From: Lama guanicoe | Taxonomy: Eukaryota | NCBI GenBank assembly: GCA_013239625.1 | Contig: MU054187.1 | Location: 25,174,433 to 25,238,432, forward strand | Reading direction: 5' to 3' | DNA: 64,000 nucleotides | Shown: one piece after another, positions 12,939 to 25,640 of the stretch | Position numbering within the stretch: the stretch's first letter is position 1 | How the letters are laid out: the number at the start of each line of letters is the position of its first letter | Program-made: the position numbers and the translations under genes | Notes under the pieces: model-generated | The model's input: only the letters and a program-made list of their open reading frames with translations | Told to the model about the DNA's origin: nothing | Database searches by the model: none

Positions 12939-14829
12939 TTACTGTGTTTTTGCATTGGCAGTGACTTTTAACAGCTTTTATCTCTGATTTCTCTAATAGA
13001 TGAGTTATTTTTCTCAGATATAATTTCATAATATCTATTTATCATAGCAGTAATTGTTTTTTTTAATTTTTAAAGTTTTAATTCTAAGTTGCATTTATAA
13101 GTGCTTACATTATTAATATCCTTTTAAATGTTATAATTAGTATAACTTAGCATGTTATTAGTTACCTTATAAGTGGGAAAATTCAAGAAACTATTTCAAA
13201 GCTTAATATTTTGTATAGTTATTCTGAGATAAGATTTTATGTGTTTTGTAATTGCTTGTCTTTTAATTACTGGTTTATGAGCTATGAATTTAGGTTTCTA
13301 TTTTCCACATCCAAAGGCCTGCTAATGTATGAGTAGTTGTTCCAACTCAATTGTTGCCTCTTCATTTTTCAGCAAATATTAGCCAAAGCACAGAAAATTA
13401 TAAAATAAATATAAGGGTAAAGCAATCACACAGTGAAAATCATGTTGAGTTATTCGAGCCATTTTTATTCTTCCTTTGGCTTAGAGACCAGAGAAATAAG
13501 TTGATGACTCTTTGTAGAACTGAACTGTCTTCTGCTGGTCAGGCTTCTATAATTCCATTCCCCTTCTAGTATTTTTTAAAGGCATTCTTGAGTACTGTAA
13601 GTCATGTAAACTGACAGTGTCTTATCTACTTACACTGGTTAGCTTTTAATATGTACAAGCTTTGTTATGGCTTATTAATTTATAATTGCACTTTCCATCT
13701 ATATATTACCAAATACATTTCTATTCACAGACAATTTAGAGAAAAATAATGGAAACTCACATTTTATGATCTTTTTTGCTTCTACACTATGTGCTGGTAA
13801 TAGACTGCTTCTCCATTCAAATTGACAAAAAGCTTTAATTATTATTAAACTTGTTAAGTTCATATGCTCTGAGGAAGACTGACCACTGTTTTAGCGTAAA
13901 TAGCATTATCTTCCAGGTTCTGTAAATCAAATAAGAATTTCTGATTTTATCATAAAATATTGAGATAAACTGACTTGGGTGGTACATATCACTTTTAGAA
14001 ACTATTTCAATTTATTTTCTTATCAATTACTGGTAAAGAAATCAAAATAGCAATGTTTTTTTTTAGGTCTCTTTTCTCTTATTGTCTCATTATTGAGCAG
14101 AAACTCTAAGAGACAATTTTTCTAACTTCAGACAAAAAACTATCAAGGCATCTATAACACTGTAAGTTTGTGGTGCTTAACAGAGCATTTTACAGAGAAG
14201 CACAATAAATAGTGATTTTGATAATAATCTAAGTAGAGAGAGTCAGTCATCACTGTTGTCACTGGCCAGGGGATCTTATACTTCGCTACTTATTTATTTC
14301 TTAAGAAACAGTCAAAGTCAAAAACATTTTATTTAACTCCAGCATCTCAGAGAGTTCATGTTGGCAAGTAAGTCAGTTTAGTTCAGAGTGCATGTGGCAT
14401 GTCTGTGGTCTCCTTTAGATTCTCTCTTTTATATGTAGTGGGAGTAGTGACAAGGCACAATGCTCTTCACGCTTGTTTGCAAAAGAATTCAAGTGAAAGG
14501 TTTTCTTTTCAACATAGCCCCCCTGTCCCAACACACACACATCTATGTAAGATGCAGAAATTGGAGGTTTGGGGAGCTAGGGTGGGACGGACAAGAGGAT
14601 TCTGGAGGTCTTTTGGGTCAAATTACTTAAATACAATTCTACATGAAAAAAGAGCCCTCTAGGAGATCCAGCTTAATTATATCTCTTTCCTTTTTTGCTG
14701 TAACTTCTTCTTAATGCCCTGTGACTCACAAAGGACCAGTTAGACATCTCTGGGATCTTTATTTCACACTAGATGATATACTTTATTTTCAAGTAAATAA
14801 TACTGAATCACCTTTACAGTTACGTGTAT

Positions 14830-15430
14830 TACAGTGGAAATTACTTGTTTGACAACTGTCTTTTCTATTAGAATGAAGGGATAAATGAGGGATTTTGTGT
14901 GTTTTGTTCTTTGAGATAGCCTCCAGTACACAACACTGGAACTGATATATAGTAGAGTCTTGATGTTATATTAATATTGACTTAATAAGTGATCGAATGG
15001 AAAATTCAGGATTGAAACTCCAAATATCTCCCTCTGCCTATGCTAACAACCTGCCTCTAGCATATAAACCCTTCAGATCTCTCTTAAATGTCACCTCTTC
15101 ATGGGGACTTTGCCTGACCTCCAGTAGCTGCCCCTCCTCACCTCCCCCCTCACTCATTATTCTGGACCCCAGCACTCTGTTTTCTTTCCATCATGACATT
15201 TATCAATCTATTTGCTTCCTTTTCTTTTTTCCTTCTTTCTGTGTTTCCTTCTTTCTTTCATCCTTCCTTACTTCCTTTCCCCCTTCCTTCCTTCCTTCTT
15301 TTCTGTTCTTTCTTTTTCTTCTCTTCTCTCTTTTTTTTTTCCAAAAGCACCATGAGGATGAGGGAAGGGCTTATTTCTTCTTCTTCTCTGTAAAATACCC
15401 ATTATTTGACTAGCTGTAGAAGCTCAATTA
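14830..15430 (+). mobile_element. L2 3' fragments with a pyrimidine-rich low-complexity insert (~15210-15340)
   Basis: L2-like motifs (cttcagatctctcttaaatgtcacctcttc; aaagcaccatgaggatgagggaagggc). Confidence 0.45.
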
Positions 15431-15474
15431 GAAAAATACTCCTAGTGATTACTTTCAGGTTAAAGTACTAGAAT

Positions 15475-16005
15475 TGACAGATGGCTAGATAAAGAAGATG
15501 TTGTATATTTATACAATGGAATACTATTCAGCCATAAAAATCATAACATAACGCCATTTGCAGTAACATGGATGTCCGTGGAGAATATCATTCTAAGTGA
15601 AGTAAGCCAGAAAGAGAAAGAAAAACACCATATGAGATCACTCATATGTGGAATCAAAAAAAAAGAAAAGAAAAGACAAAGAAAAATGAACATAAATACA
15701 AAACAGAAACAGAATTAGAGACATAGAATACAAACGCACGGTTGCCAGGGGGGAGAGGTGTGGGAAGGGACAGACTGGGAGTTCGAAATTTGCAGATACT
15801 GATAGGTATATATAGAATAGATAAACAAGATTATACTGTATAGCACAGGGAAATATATGCAAGATCTTGTGGTGACTCATGGTGAAAAAGAATATGACAA
15901 TGAATATATGTATGTTCACGTATAACTGAAAAATTGTGCTCTACACTGGAAATTGACACAACATTGTAAACTGACTATAACTCAATAAAATAAAAATTTT
16001 TTTAA
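15475..16005 (+). mobile_element. 5'-truncated young L1 3' end (~530 bp)
   Basis: Same 3'UTR type as 10451-10960, with AATAAA and an A-rich tail. TSD aaagtactagaat (15462-15474) / aaagtactggaat (16006-16018). Confidence 0.92.
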
Positions 16006-16479
16006 AAAGTACTGGAATATGAATCCCGTATTTCTGGAAACAAAAGACACATCTGACCTTGGAGAATTTGTGGTTCTTAGCCCCATTAAAACATACATAC
16101 ATTCTGCCCATAAAGGAAAGCAGACATGAATGTTATCTCAATAGCATCTCCTGTTGGCTTTCCCTAGTCAGTCTAAATTACACTAGGTAAAGGTAACCCT
16201 CTATCTGCATTCAGGAAGAATTAAGTTATGCAATAGCACATACTATTAAAACATGATTGTATTCATCTACTGATGTGCATTTGTGATGCTTCCACATCTT
16301 GGCAATTATAAATAATGTTGCCCCTGTTAGCAGGGTGTATGTATCTTTTTAAATTAATTTTTATTTTGTGCTTAGGTTTATTCCCTTGATAACTATGTAT
16401 GTTTAAAAAGCTAAAGCTCTAAAGGTTCTTAGAAGCAATGAAGAGTATATATATGTAAATTTAAAAATATATGTGAAAT

Positions 16480-16985
16480 GAAAAAAAATGAGCTATCAAG
16501 CCATGAAAGACATGGAAGAAACTTAAAAGACATATTACTAAATGAAAGAAGCCAGTCTGAAAAGGCTACAAACTGTACGATTCCAACCAAATGACATTCT
16601 GGAAAAGGCACAGCTACAGAAACAATAAAAAGAATATGGTTTCCAGGGGTTTAGGGAGAGGGAGGGAGGGAAGAATGAATAGATGGAGCACAAAGGATTT
16701 TTAGGGCAATGAAATTATTCTGTATGATACTGCAGTGGTGTCTTCATGTCATTATGCATTTGTCAAAGCCCATAGAATGTACAACACCAAGAGTGAGCCC
16801 TAATGTAAACTATGACTTTGATTGATAATAATGTGTCCATGTTGGTTCATCGATTGTACCAAGTATGCCACACTGATGAGGGTAGGGGAGTATATATATG
16901 TGGGTGGGGAGGGCAATGTGGGAACTCAATTCTGCTGTAAACCTGAAACTGCTCTAAAAAAACAAAGTCTATTTTTTAAAAAATG
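16480..16985 (+). mobile_element. L1MC-type 3' end
   Basis: gagctatcaagccatgaaagacatgg..gaaagaagccagtctgaaaaggctac..cccatagaatgtacaacaccaagagtgagccctaatgtaaactatg, typical of L1MC1-3. Confidence 0.8.
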
Positions 16986-18299
16986 ATTAACTTTCTCCTA
17001 CATAACCCCCAAGCTTTGTTATCTTATGTAAAAATAATGCAAATCATCCTAGCATTAATGAAAAAGTAATTGTTAGATATTGTAGATATAAGCATGCCCA
17101 AGTGGATCTTTTTTATTTTTTGGAAAATAGATTTTATTCTTTTCTATATAACTCTGAATTAGCATGCCCTAGGTCAGAAATAATTATTTTAGGAACTCTC
17201 AGAGGACCATCACTTATCTACAAAACACATTACTTACTCTCTTGCACATCTCATTAATGTTGGCTTGGGTTTTCTCTCACTTTTCTTTTTGACATGACTT
17301 GACATATCTATTTGTGGCAAAAGAATTTCTCCCTGACCAAAATTCTAGATCCAAGTTTAAAGTTACCTCATCCATGTTAATGCAGCATTTGAATCAACAA
17401 CCAATAGCGAAACCTCTGAAGAAAATGCCGACGTTTGAAGACACTGTCAAGTCCACCTCTCAGGTTATCTCCTCTAATTACTAGAAATTTCCTGTTGTTT
17501 TCAGGTTCAACTACAATGGGAGGTAGAATGTATTATACAGATTTTTCAGTTCATGGACTGTAGTCATGGCAACACCAGAGGATAAATCTTAAAATAAAGA
17601 CTATTCTCCAAGGGTAAGAGTTTATATCTTGCTGCCAGATGTTTACAGTTTTATTTTCAGAAATAAATATGTTATTTGGGTTTTGAAAAGCTTTAAAAAC
17701 CGACTTTGAAGGTAAATTGTTTTTTTCAAGGTGAAAAGCTTCTTCATGCTTTTTCTAAATGTCATCATATATTAAATTTTCTTTGGATACTCTTTTGAAT
17801 ATGTCCACTTGGAAATTATATAGAATTTTTTTCAATTAATTTGCATAGTCACTAAATATTTACTGAGCACTCAGTATGTGTCAGATATTTAGTATGTGCC
17901 AGAAACCTTGCTAGATACTGGGAATTCAGGGGTAATTTGCTGACTATGAATATGAAAGAGAGATGGTTCTATATATACAGATTTAAGAAACATTACTATT
18001 AGCCACATTTGTGACACAAATCCAGAAGACTGAGAAATATTTAACTGAGAGGTATAATGAAAAGACAGAATTATTATTCTTTTCCTATTACACATATAGA
18101 TTAGGAACCACACTGCATGTAGTTACATTTTTATTTTACAAACTGATATTTAAGTAAAAATTGCATTTTTCTACTAACTGGTATAACGTTTACATTGATA
18201 CCTTTATCCTGGGGTAAAAAATCACTGTAACCTGCTTAAATAATAATACTGAAGTCTGTAGAGACTTAGGGTTGATGCAGTGTTTGTTCTTTTAAAAGC

Positions 18300-18760
18300 A
18301 CACTGGAACCTAGATGCTCTATCTTCTCTCCCTACATTTTCTTGGAAATCTCATTCCAAAAATATCAAAATAAATCTATAAAATTGTTGAAAAATTCAAA
18401 CATCTAGTTCAATATTTTCTACTGAGCATTTCCATTTGGAATCTTGCCAACACCTCAAATCAACAAGCTTGAAGCGCAATTGACTTGAATATCAAAGTAA
18501 TTTTCTCTTTTCCTCTGTTTCCTAAGGATGGTCCTATTATTGTTTCAGCAGTATATCCAACTCTTTTCTCACTCATACTTGTAATCACTCTACTCTACTC
18601 ACTCTTTGTGTCATCTTTTTATCTACATTATCACCAAAAATACAAAAAATTGGACCATATCATTTTATTCCTACATTACAAACTTTTGAATGAATCTTCC
18701 TGCTTCCCAGCTTTCTTTACTCTATCTGCACACTACTGCCAGATTAATCCTTCTTAGCAG
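18300..18760 (+). mobile_element. L2 fragment
   Basis: L2-like motifs (ctactgagcatttccatttggaatc; acactactgccagattaatccttct). Confidence 0.45.
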
Positions 18761-19893
18761 AGTATCTTGATGGAGTCAATGGGAATACTGAATGTATGAA
18801 ATTTATAGATTCCTGACCCACTTTCCTGACCAAAAATGTTGGTATGATGTCTTTGCTTGGGCCAGAGGTTGGTAGAATAAGAAAAGGCTTGGGACATGGG
18901 TAGATACCTGATGCAGAGTGAAAGGTGAAGGAGAGGAATCCAGGGTGATTGGAAGATATGGAGAGTTCTCACTTCCTAGTCTTCTGGGTGAATGTCTGCC
19001 CCTTGAATAAGAAAGAGGGAAAGCAGAACCTAATAGGACCAATGAGATTAAGTGCATGAATTGTTCCACATCAGCATTAAAGGGGAAAATTTTCACACAG
19101 ATTTAAAAAGAGGACACATTCCTCCACCAAAGATCCTTGGACACTTTATGAGGATTCAGAGAGATTATCAGAAGGAATAGTTTGGCCTGTTGGAAAAGTC
19201 ATGATGAACAGAACACTGGACAGTGTGCCGGAGTGCCCTAACAGCAGCAAGGCTCTTGGAGCGTCTCGCTCCAGTATCATGTGAGCAGCAGATCTACCAA
19301 AAGAGGAATAGAGTGTGAGCACACTTGTTGTGAAGAATATGCAATTTATTTTCTGATACCTACAGAATTAACTAGACTTGAGTCATGGTTTTGGATTCCT
19401 GAAGAAGTGATGGTAGAGGACATATACTAAAAACCAAAAACAACAAAACAACAAAACAGGGCAAAACAATAGAGGCAATTAATATAAAAACTGTGATTAA
19501 ATGTGATGCCTGGGGGAATAAATATACTTACAAATGATTTTTGAAACCACTTTCCAATTAAAAAAAATAAAATGGAATTATTTCCACATTATAAAGTTCA
19601 AAATTTTTTTGTCCATTTAAGATCTTTCTTAAATTGATTCCAATTTATTATTCTCTGCTTATCATAATTAATACCCAACAGAGTTCTGTGGTTCAGTTTT
19701 GTTATTAAATATGTCTTCAACATGCTAGGAACAATGCAGATACTGAAGATTTAAAAAATGAGTGAATCATAATCTTTCTCTGCAATAAATGTCCAGAACA
19801 TTAGATGAGACAAATATAACTAGTATATTACAACACAATACATACAATAATTCATCAATATGCATAATACAGATATAGACCAGAAGTGAGAAT

Positions 19894-19895
<2 letters not shown>

Positions 19896-19931
<36 letters not shown>
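19896..19931. repeat. (GT)n microsatellite
   Basis: About 18 uninterrupted GT units. Confidence 0.95.
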
Positions 19932-19934
<3 letters not shown>

Positions 19935-20129
19935 GATCAGGGCATTTGAAGGATAAAGGGACTTAAGAATGTCTTCACAAGGAAGTGACTTTGAAAGGAA
20001 GAGGCTAAAGGTCCACTGGAAGTCAGGTCCTCCACCATCTTGGGCCCAGTTGGTTCCAACCAGCTCTTGTTTTTTTTTTCTTTGCACCTTCCTTCAGATG
20101 CTTAGATAAGAGTGGTAGAGGCAGAGGCA

Positions 20130-20487
20130 GGGATGTGATCCAGAATGCAGCAGCCTTGGTAACAAAATGGAAAGTTGCTTTTAATCAGAATGCTGGCAAT
20201 TTGGTGGACTCAGTGTCCCCCTAAAACCATCTTTGAAAAATTCTGCTCACCCATGAAAGTTTTAAAGGGAAATTGGGAAGTAATCTCAGTTTAATCATGG
20301 AGATAGACAGTCAGAGTCACTGCCATCCCAGCTGCATACAGACCTGTTGTGTAAGCTTGTCCTAATTATTAACTGCTTGAGACTAATCTTTCATGACTCA
20401 AGAAGGCTTGGGAGACATCAGCTTTTCCATAAACAAGAGGTAGGGGTTGGTGGCAGAGGTGGGGGTATACAGGGTCCTACTTAGTAT
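20130..20487 (-). mobile_element. ERV1-type solo LTR fragment
   Basis: ttttaatcagaatgctggcaa..ttctgctcacccatgaaagttttaaaggg..cagggtcctacttagta resembles antisense laurasiatherian ERV1 LTRs. Confidence 0.45.
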
Positions 20488-21084
20488 TGGTAACATTTAT
20501 TTTTGCCTTAATTGAGTTTACATATTGCTTCAGTAATATTTTATCCGGTGAAGTGTTGACTCCAGTGTGTATTACAAGTAGTGTATACAATTTGCTGTGA
20601 GAATTAAGAGATATGGCAGAATGTCAAGCCAGCTGCAGAATAAGCTCTAGAATACACTGAAACGTTTAAGGTAGAACAAGCCAAGCAGGAAACAATTAGA
20701 TTCAATTGGAAGTGCTGAAGTGTCAGCCCAGCAATTGATGTCATAGTTGTGTATTCTTCCATAGGCATTGTAAAACCGTAACTCTGTAACAGTGATTTTA
20801 TTGCCATTGCTAATTTGTTCAGTGTTGTTATGAGTTCTTACCCCTTCTTTAGCACCATTAAATACTAGTATTCATATGTATCATGTATTCAAAAAAAGTT
20901 GACTTTTAAGATCATGGGAACACTGCTAGAGGAATGGGACATTGGAATCAATAACTTTAGAATTGTGATATACAGTATTTCATTTATAAGACCCAAACTA
21001 CTGACAGTACAATGGATGAGCTTTGAAATACCTCTTCAATGGGAGGGAGAAGAGTTACTTCTCTAATTCATTGATTTACTAAAA

Positions 21085-21639
21085 CAAGCTTTGCCAAGCC
21101 TAAAATGTGTCTCTTTGATATGAGGAATAATTTAGTTTGATTATCTTTAAGAAACAGAAAACTCAGGAAGCCTTTCTTTTTGCCTCCCCCTTATCTGTGT
21201 AAAGAATTTAGATAAAGGTTCTGTTCCTGGAATATAGCTATCACAAAGGATGTCTGCAAAACATATGGGCTAGATAGGGTGGGGAAAACTTGGCAGGACC
21301 TAGAAATCAGTATCCACTTTGTGTTCCATTGTCTCCACATGGCCCAGCAAACATTTGTTTACCAAACATTTTCTTTTCCATCTCCATGTGACTTGCCTTC
21401 CTCCTCTTTGAAGTCCCAAACTACCACCCCCAACAGCCTCTTTTGTTTTAGTACCTAAGGTGAGGGTTTTGGCTATTTTAGCAAGTTATTCCTACTTTTT
21501 TTTTTTTTTTAGTCTTTCTCATATATACCTGTTATCAAAATTCTGTTTGGTTTATCTCCTGTTAATTGCTCATGTCAGTCTACTTTTTAGACCAGCCAGA
21601 GAGCCTAGAAGGCAAAGGGAATTTTTTTTCTCTCCAACA
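21085..21639 (+). mobile_element. MER34-like ERV1 LTR (5' LTR)
   Basis: gccaagcctaaaatgtgtctctttg..cagcaaacatttgtttaccaaacat..agaccagccagagagcctagaagg..ctctccaaca. Ends in CA, followed by a TGG-starting primer-binding-site-like sequence at 21642. Confidence 0.75.
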
Positions 21640-24600
21640 GTTGGTGCCCTCATTGGAAGTTAACTCTACTGACTGAACACTGCTGGCCCAAAAGCTGCTG
21701 AAGCTAGAAGATCCTGGGATGAGTGTCAAAAGCCTGTAGAAGGTGAGAATTATTACCATGTCAGTCAGTCTCTGGGATCTCAGCCTGCAGGGCCTATTGA
21801 AAATGAGAGTGGTAAAGGTCCTTTTTTCTTTTCTAAGATTAGATTAGCAGGAGAATACATTTGTGGGGCTAGCTGCTCCCTTAACTGAACAACTCTTGAG
21901 AAACTTGTTGTTAGAGTACTCTTGATTTGTTGATTATTTTTCTTCCAGAGATGGTCACTGTTTTTCTTTGTCTCTATTATGTCATTTGTCATAAGGAGAA
22001 AAATCATTGGTTTGATTAGATTTTCCATTGTCTTGTTCTATAACTTGAGAGCTTGATTTGCTAGCCAGTGAGAAAACTCTCTCTAGTCTCTGCCATCTGG
22101 AAGCTGCACATAGCAATGTGCATTTGGAAGTTAGTCTATTAGACTGGAATTTAGCATGGTCTCTTAGTCCAGCTGTGCCAGGTCTCAAGGGGGAGGAGTT
22201 TCATAAAGGGTCCCAGTCTATCAATGGCCTTTGTTAGTCTCAACCTTTGTTGATTTATGTGCAATAAAGATCTTTTCTTTCTTAGACTAATTTTGGAAGT
22301 GAAGCTTCTTGCCTCCACGGTACATGCATCCAAATCTTTCCATAAATAGACTTGAGTCACTAGTAAGATCTCACTCATCAATGCCCAATGGATCCTCTGA
22401 ATTGAAAAAAAATCTAAATTGGTAAATTTTTTAGAACATTCTCATCATGAACAATTTTATTGGTACCTGTGGAAAGAAAAAATTAAAATTTGGATATGAA
22501 GAAGTATAATGGCTAACCTTAAGAATTCCCTTAATAAAAAAAAAATTGGGGAGACACAGAATTTGTGGCCTCAGTTTTCCTTTATAGGTCTTACAGATAT
22601 TAATAAAAAAAAGATGTTATTTAAAAAGAGAATGAGAAGAAACCAAGGGGAATGTCAAGGAACTCTTCCAACAAGATGAAAAATTTTAAAGAGTTTTCAA
22701 TAAATAAGGTAAATAAAGCAAATATGGAAAGAAGAAACAAAGAGGAGTCAGAAGGGGAAAGAATCAGGTACTCATAAAAGCAGAATGGAAATATTTAACT
22801 GGTTATTAAGAAATGTGATAAATAAAACTGGCAATGGGTTAAAACAAAGGTTTTAATATAGCACTACCTGAGATCGGGTGGGCCAAAGGAACCTCCTATT
22901 GGCCCCTGAACACTTAAGAGTCCCCAAAACCTCTCCTCTATTTGTCCCTGTTTGGAGAAACTTTAAAAGCCTGAAGGCAAAAATTACAATGAGAAACCTG
23001 ACCGGCAATTACTTGGAGCAACAGTTTGGCCAATTAATTGAGTTAAAGATTAACAAAGTGATCCAGGAACCACAGATGTGGGGCATGAGGAGGCCGTGTC
23101 TCAGGTCTCAGTTGAGCCCCTTGGATGTGCCCCCACCAGGTGTAGGTCCTTGGCTTCAAGCAGGAAAGAATTCAAGAGTGAGCCACAGCTGAGTAAAGGT
23201 ATATTTATTTAGACAGGTACATACTGCACAGAGTGTAGGCTGTTTCAGAAGGCAAGAGAAAGGCCACAAGGTGTAGGGGTTGGGTGCTCAAGTTAAAGTA
23301 AAAGTAGATACACACTCCATAGATAGAGTGTGGGCTGTCTCCGAAGATGAGGGAGCAAAAGAGGCAGACATGAGGTGTGGTGGTGTCAGTTTTTATGGGC
23401 TCAGTATCTTCATATACCAACAAGTGGGAGAACCATTCCAACTACCCTGGGGAAGGGGCTGGGATTCCCAGGAATTGGGCTACTACCCACTCTTTGACTT
23501 TTCATAGTTAGCCTTGGAACTGTCATGGTGCCTGTTGGCATGTTATTTATATCAAGGCCTACTAGAAGTCAAATCTCCCACCATCTTAAACCTCAAGGCC
23601 TACTGGGAGTTGAATCTTCTGCCATTTTGGTGTTAATTGCTGTGACATTCCTTGAATGGCTTGAATGCCCCCTTCCCTCCTGTCTCAGAAAAGCCTAAGT
23701 CCCTTGGTTGCATTCCCCACTGGAGACCCAAAACTTTTCACACAGATGTGGATAAGATGGTTGGGGGGAGGTGGAAATGAAAAGTTTCTAGGACTCCTTG
23801 TAAGACTAGACTTGTTGATGTAGTCCTAGTGGAGATTATGATAAGAGATATAAAAGTTGATGGAACTGAGGTGAAAATTTATAGGGAATTGGTATATTTC
23901 ATTGAGCTTTATATAAGGTAGTTGCAACTCTTGCCTGATTGTATTATAGGGATGGACATTATGTCTCAATGGGAAGCATTTCCCCTGCCTGGTACTATAT
24001 GACAGGGCATCTAAATCTGTCCCAGACAATGTAAATTGAATATGCTAAAGGGAGCCAGCAGGGCTGCCTGAGCCCACACAGTGTGAAGTATGAGCTGGGG
24101 GCTAATATTCAGGGGCTGATAGAAGCAATAGTGGAAGAATTTTGCCCCTTAGGTGAATTGGTCTGATGTTAACTTGTGCACTCAGATAGAGGGCCTTTAC
24201 TGAATGCCTTGTACTGACTTTTTGAAGGTATGGTATATTGAACCCTGAAATTCTAGAACATAGATGTCTTGCAATTTCTGTTTAGTTGGATATCTCACTA
24301 ATACAAAGGAGTAAATTAAAGAAAATTTAGTTGGATGAGCAGATCAATTTTTTGATATTATTTAGGGAATAACCCAGTTTTGGGGGAGAATTGAAAACAA
24401 CTGTCTTTGCTTTGCAAATCTTTACAGAATCACAAATATAAACACAGCCTGAGCCAGGTTAACTCAATTGGTAGATCCTCAAACAAACAAAAAGAAAAGA
24501 GGTATTTTCTAAAATAAAATATTTAAAAATATTTTCCACAATAGTAAAAACTCTTAGTTATCTGAGCAGAATAACTTAATGTATTCCAACTATTATCTAT

Positions 24601-25260
24601 AAACTAGTGTTTTATATTGTTTTACCTAATTATGGCTAAAATTTTTAAATGAAAGCTATAAGATCCCTAGTTGTGCCTATCTTTATGTCTATGTGTATAT
24701 ATTATAGATATGGTATTTTTTTAACCTCTGGATAATAGGGTCAAAATTAGTTTATAAAGAGCTTTATTCAATTGGCTTAAAAGTAAGCATTTCTGAATTA
24801 AATATTTCTAATCTCAAAAGCAGAATAGAAATGAACCCAAATGTTTTTTAGGTTCTCATGATCTAAGATTAATCTTTAGTAAATAAAAGCAAAATTAAAG
24901 TTATTGACTAATCAGAATAGGCCTGTCTTTAGAGTTATCAGCATTAAATGTAAAATTTTTATTCTAACCAGGTTACCAAAAGTCAAATAATTTCATGTCA
25001 TCTCTGTTTCAAAATTGTCAGCAATAAATAATTTGGTATGATAAAATTTTCAAAAGTATTCACATAAATATAAATAAGACAAGTTTTTAAGTGAACTCCT
25101 TAAGATGATTTATGTTTTGTGGTATGTCTACTTAAAAATAGTTTCTCTGAGTCTTTTGGTTACTTGAAATCTGTTAAGTCAAACTGAATGTTGGGAATTT
25201 ATTGACTGTCTAAATTATTTCTAAATAAGATAAAATACTGAAATATTAATTGCTAATAAA
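21640..25260 (+). mobile_element. Decayed ERV internal region (MER4/MER34-group-like); no 3' LTR seen
   Basis: Follows the LTR and PBS. Leader with splice-donor-like gaaggtgaga (~21740), protease-like remnant (23722-23972) and an AT-rich MER4-group-type tract (aaagctataagatcc..gagctttattcaattggctt, 24650-25260). Confidence 0.6.
23077..23687 (-). mobile_element. Younger ERV solo LTR inserted in the ERV internal region
   Basis: TG..CA termini (minus start TGAGACAGGAGGGAAGGGGGC), minus-strand AATAAA at ~23204-23209, and internal tandem duplications. No clear TSD. Confidence 0.75.
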
Positions 25261-25429
25261 TTTACAAGTAATGTGCAAACTATCACCATCAAATAATGAA
25301 TATAGGCTATAACAACTTCAAGCTTACAGAAGATGAGTTCAGTGAACACACACGCAACTCAGAGTGTTCACTGTCACAAAGAGGTGAATTCTTAGGAAGA
25401 CTTACGAAAGAAACAAGAGGAACCTGTGA

Positions 25430-25640
25430 TTATTTACTAGGTGTACTCTTGGTTCTCCCACACATCATTGGGAGCTATTAGTTGCTTATTTTATTTATTT
25501 TTTAAATTTTAGATGATGCAAAGCTAAGTGAAGTTGTGGATAGTAGCTGGCACAATTTTGGTATAACTGTAAAGGCAATGGAAGGACATCTGGCCATTTT
25601 CACTATGCAAAGGGAGCAAGTACCCAGGTCTGAGTAAAAT
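25430..25640 (+). mobile_element. Possible CR1/L3 RT remnant
   Basis: aaatttttagatgatgcaaagctaagtgaagttgtggat translates as KFLDDAKLSEVVD, resembling the CR1 motif KFADDTKLGG.VD. Confidence 0.35.

Noticed and set aside
25340..25373. 10-bp inverted repeat cagtgaacac..gtgttcactg
   Set aside because: Too short for a miRNA precursor or MITE, and compatible with chance.
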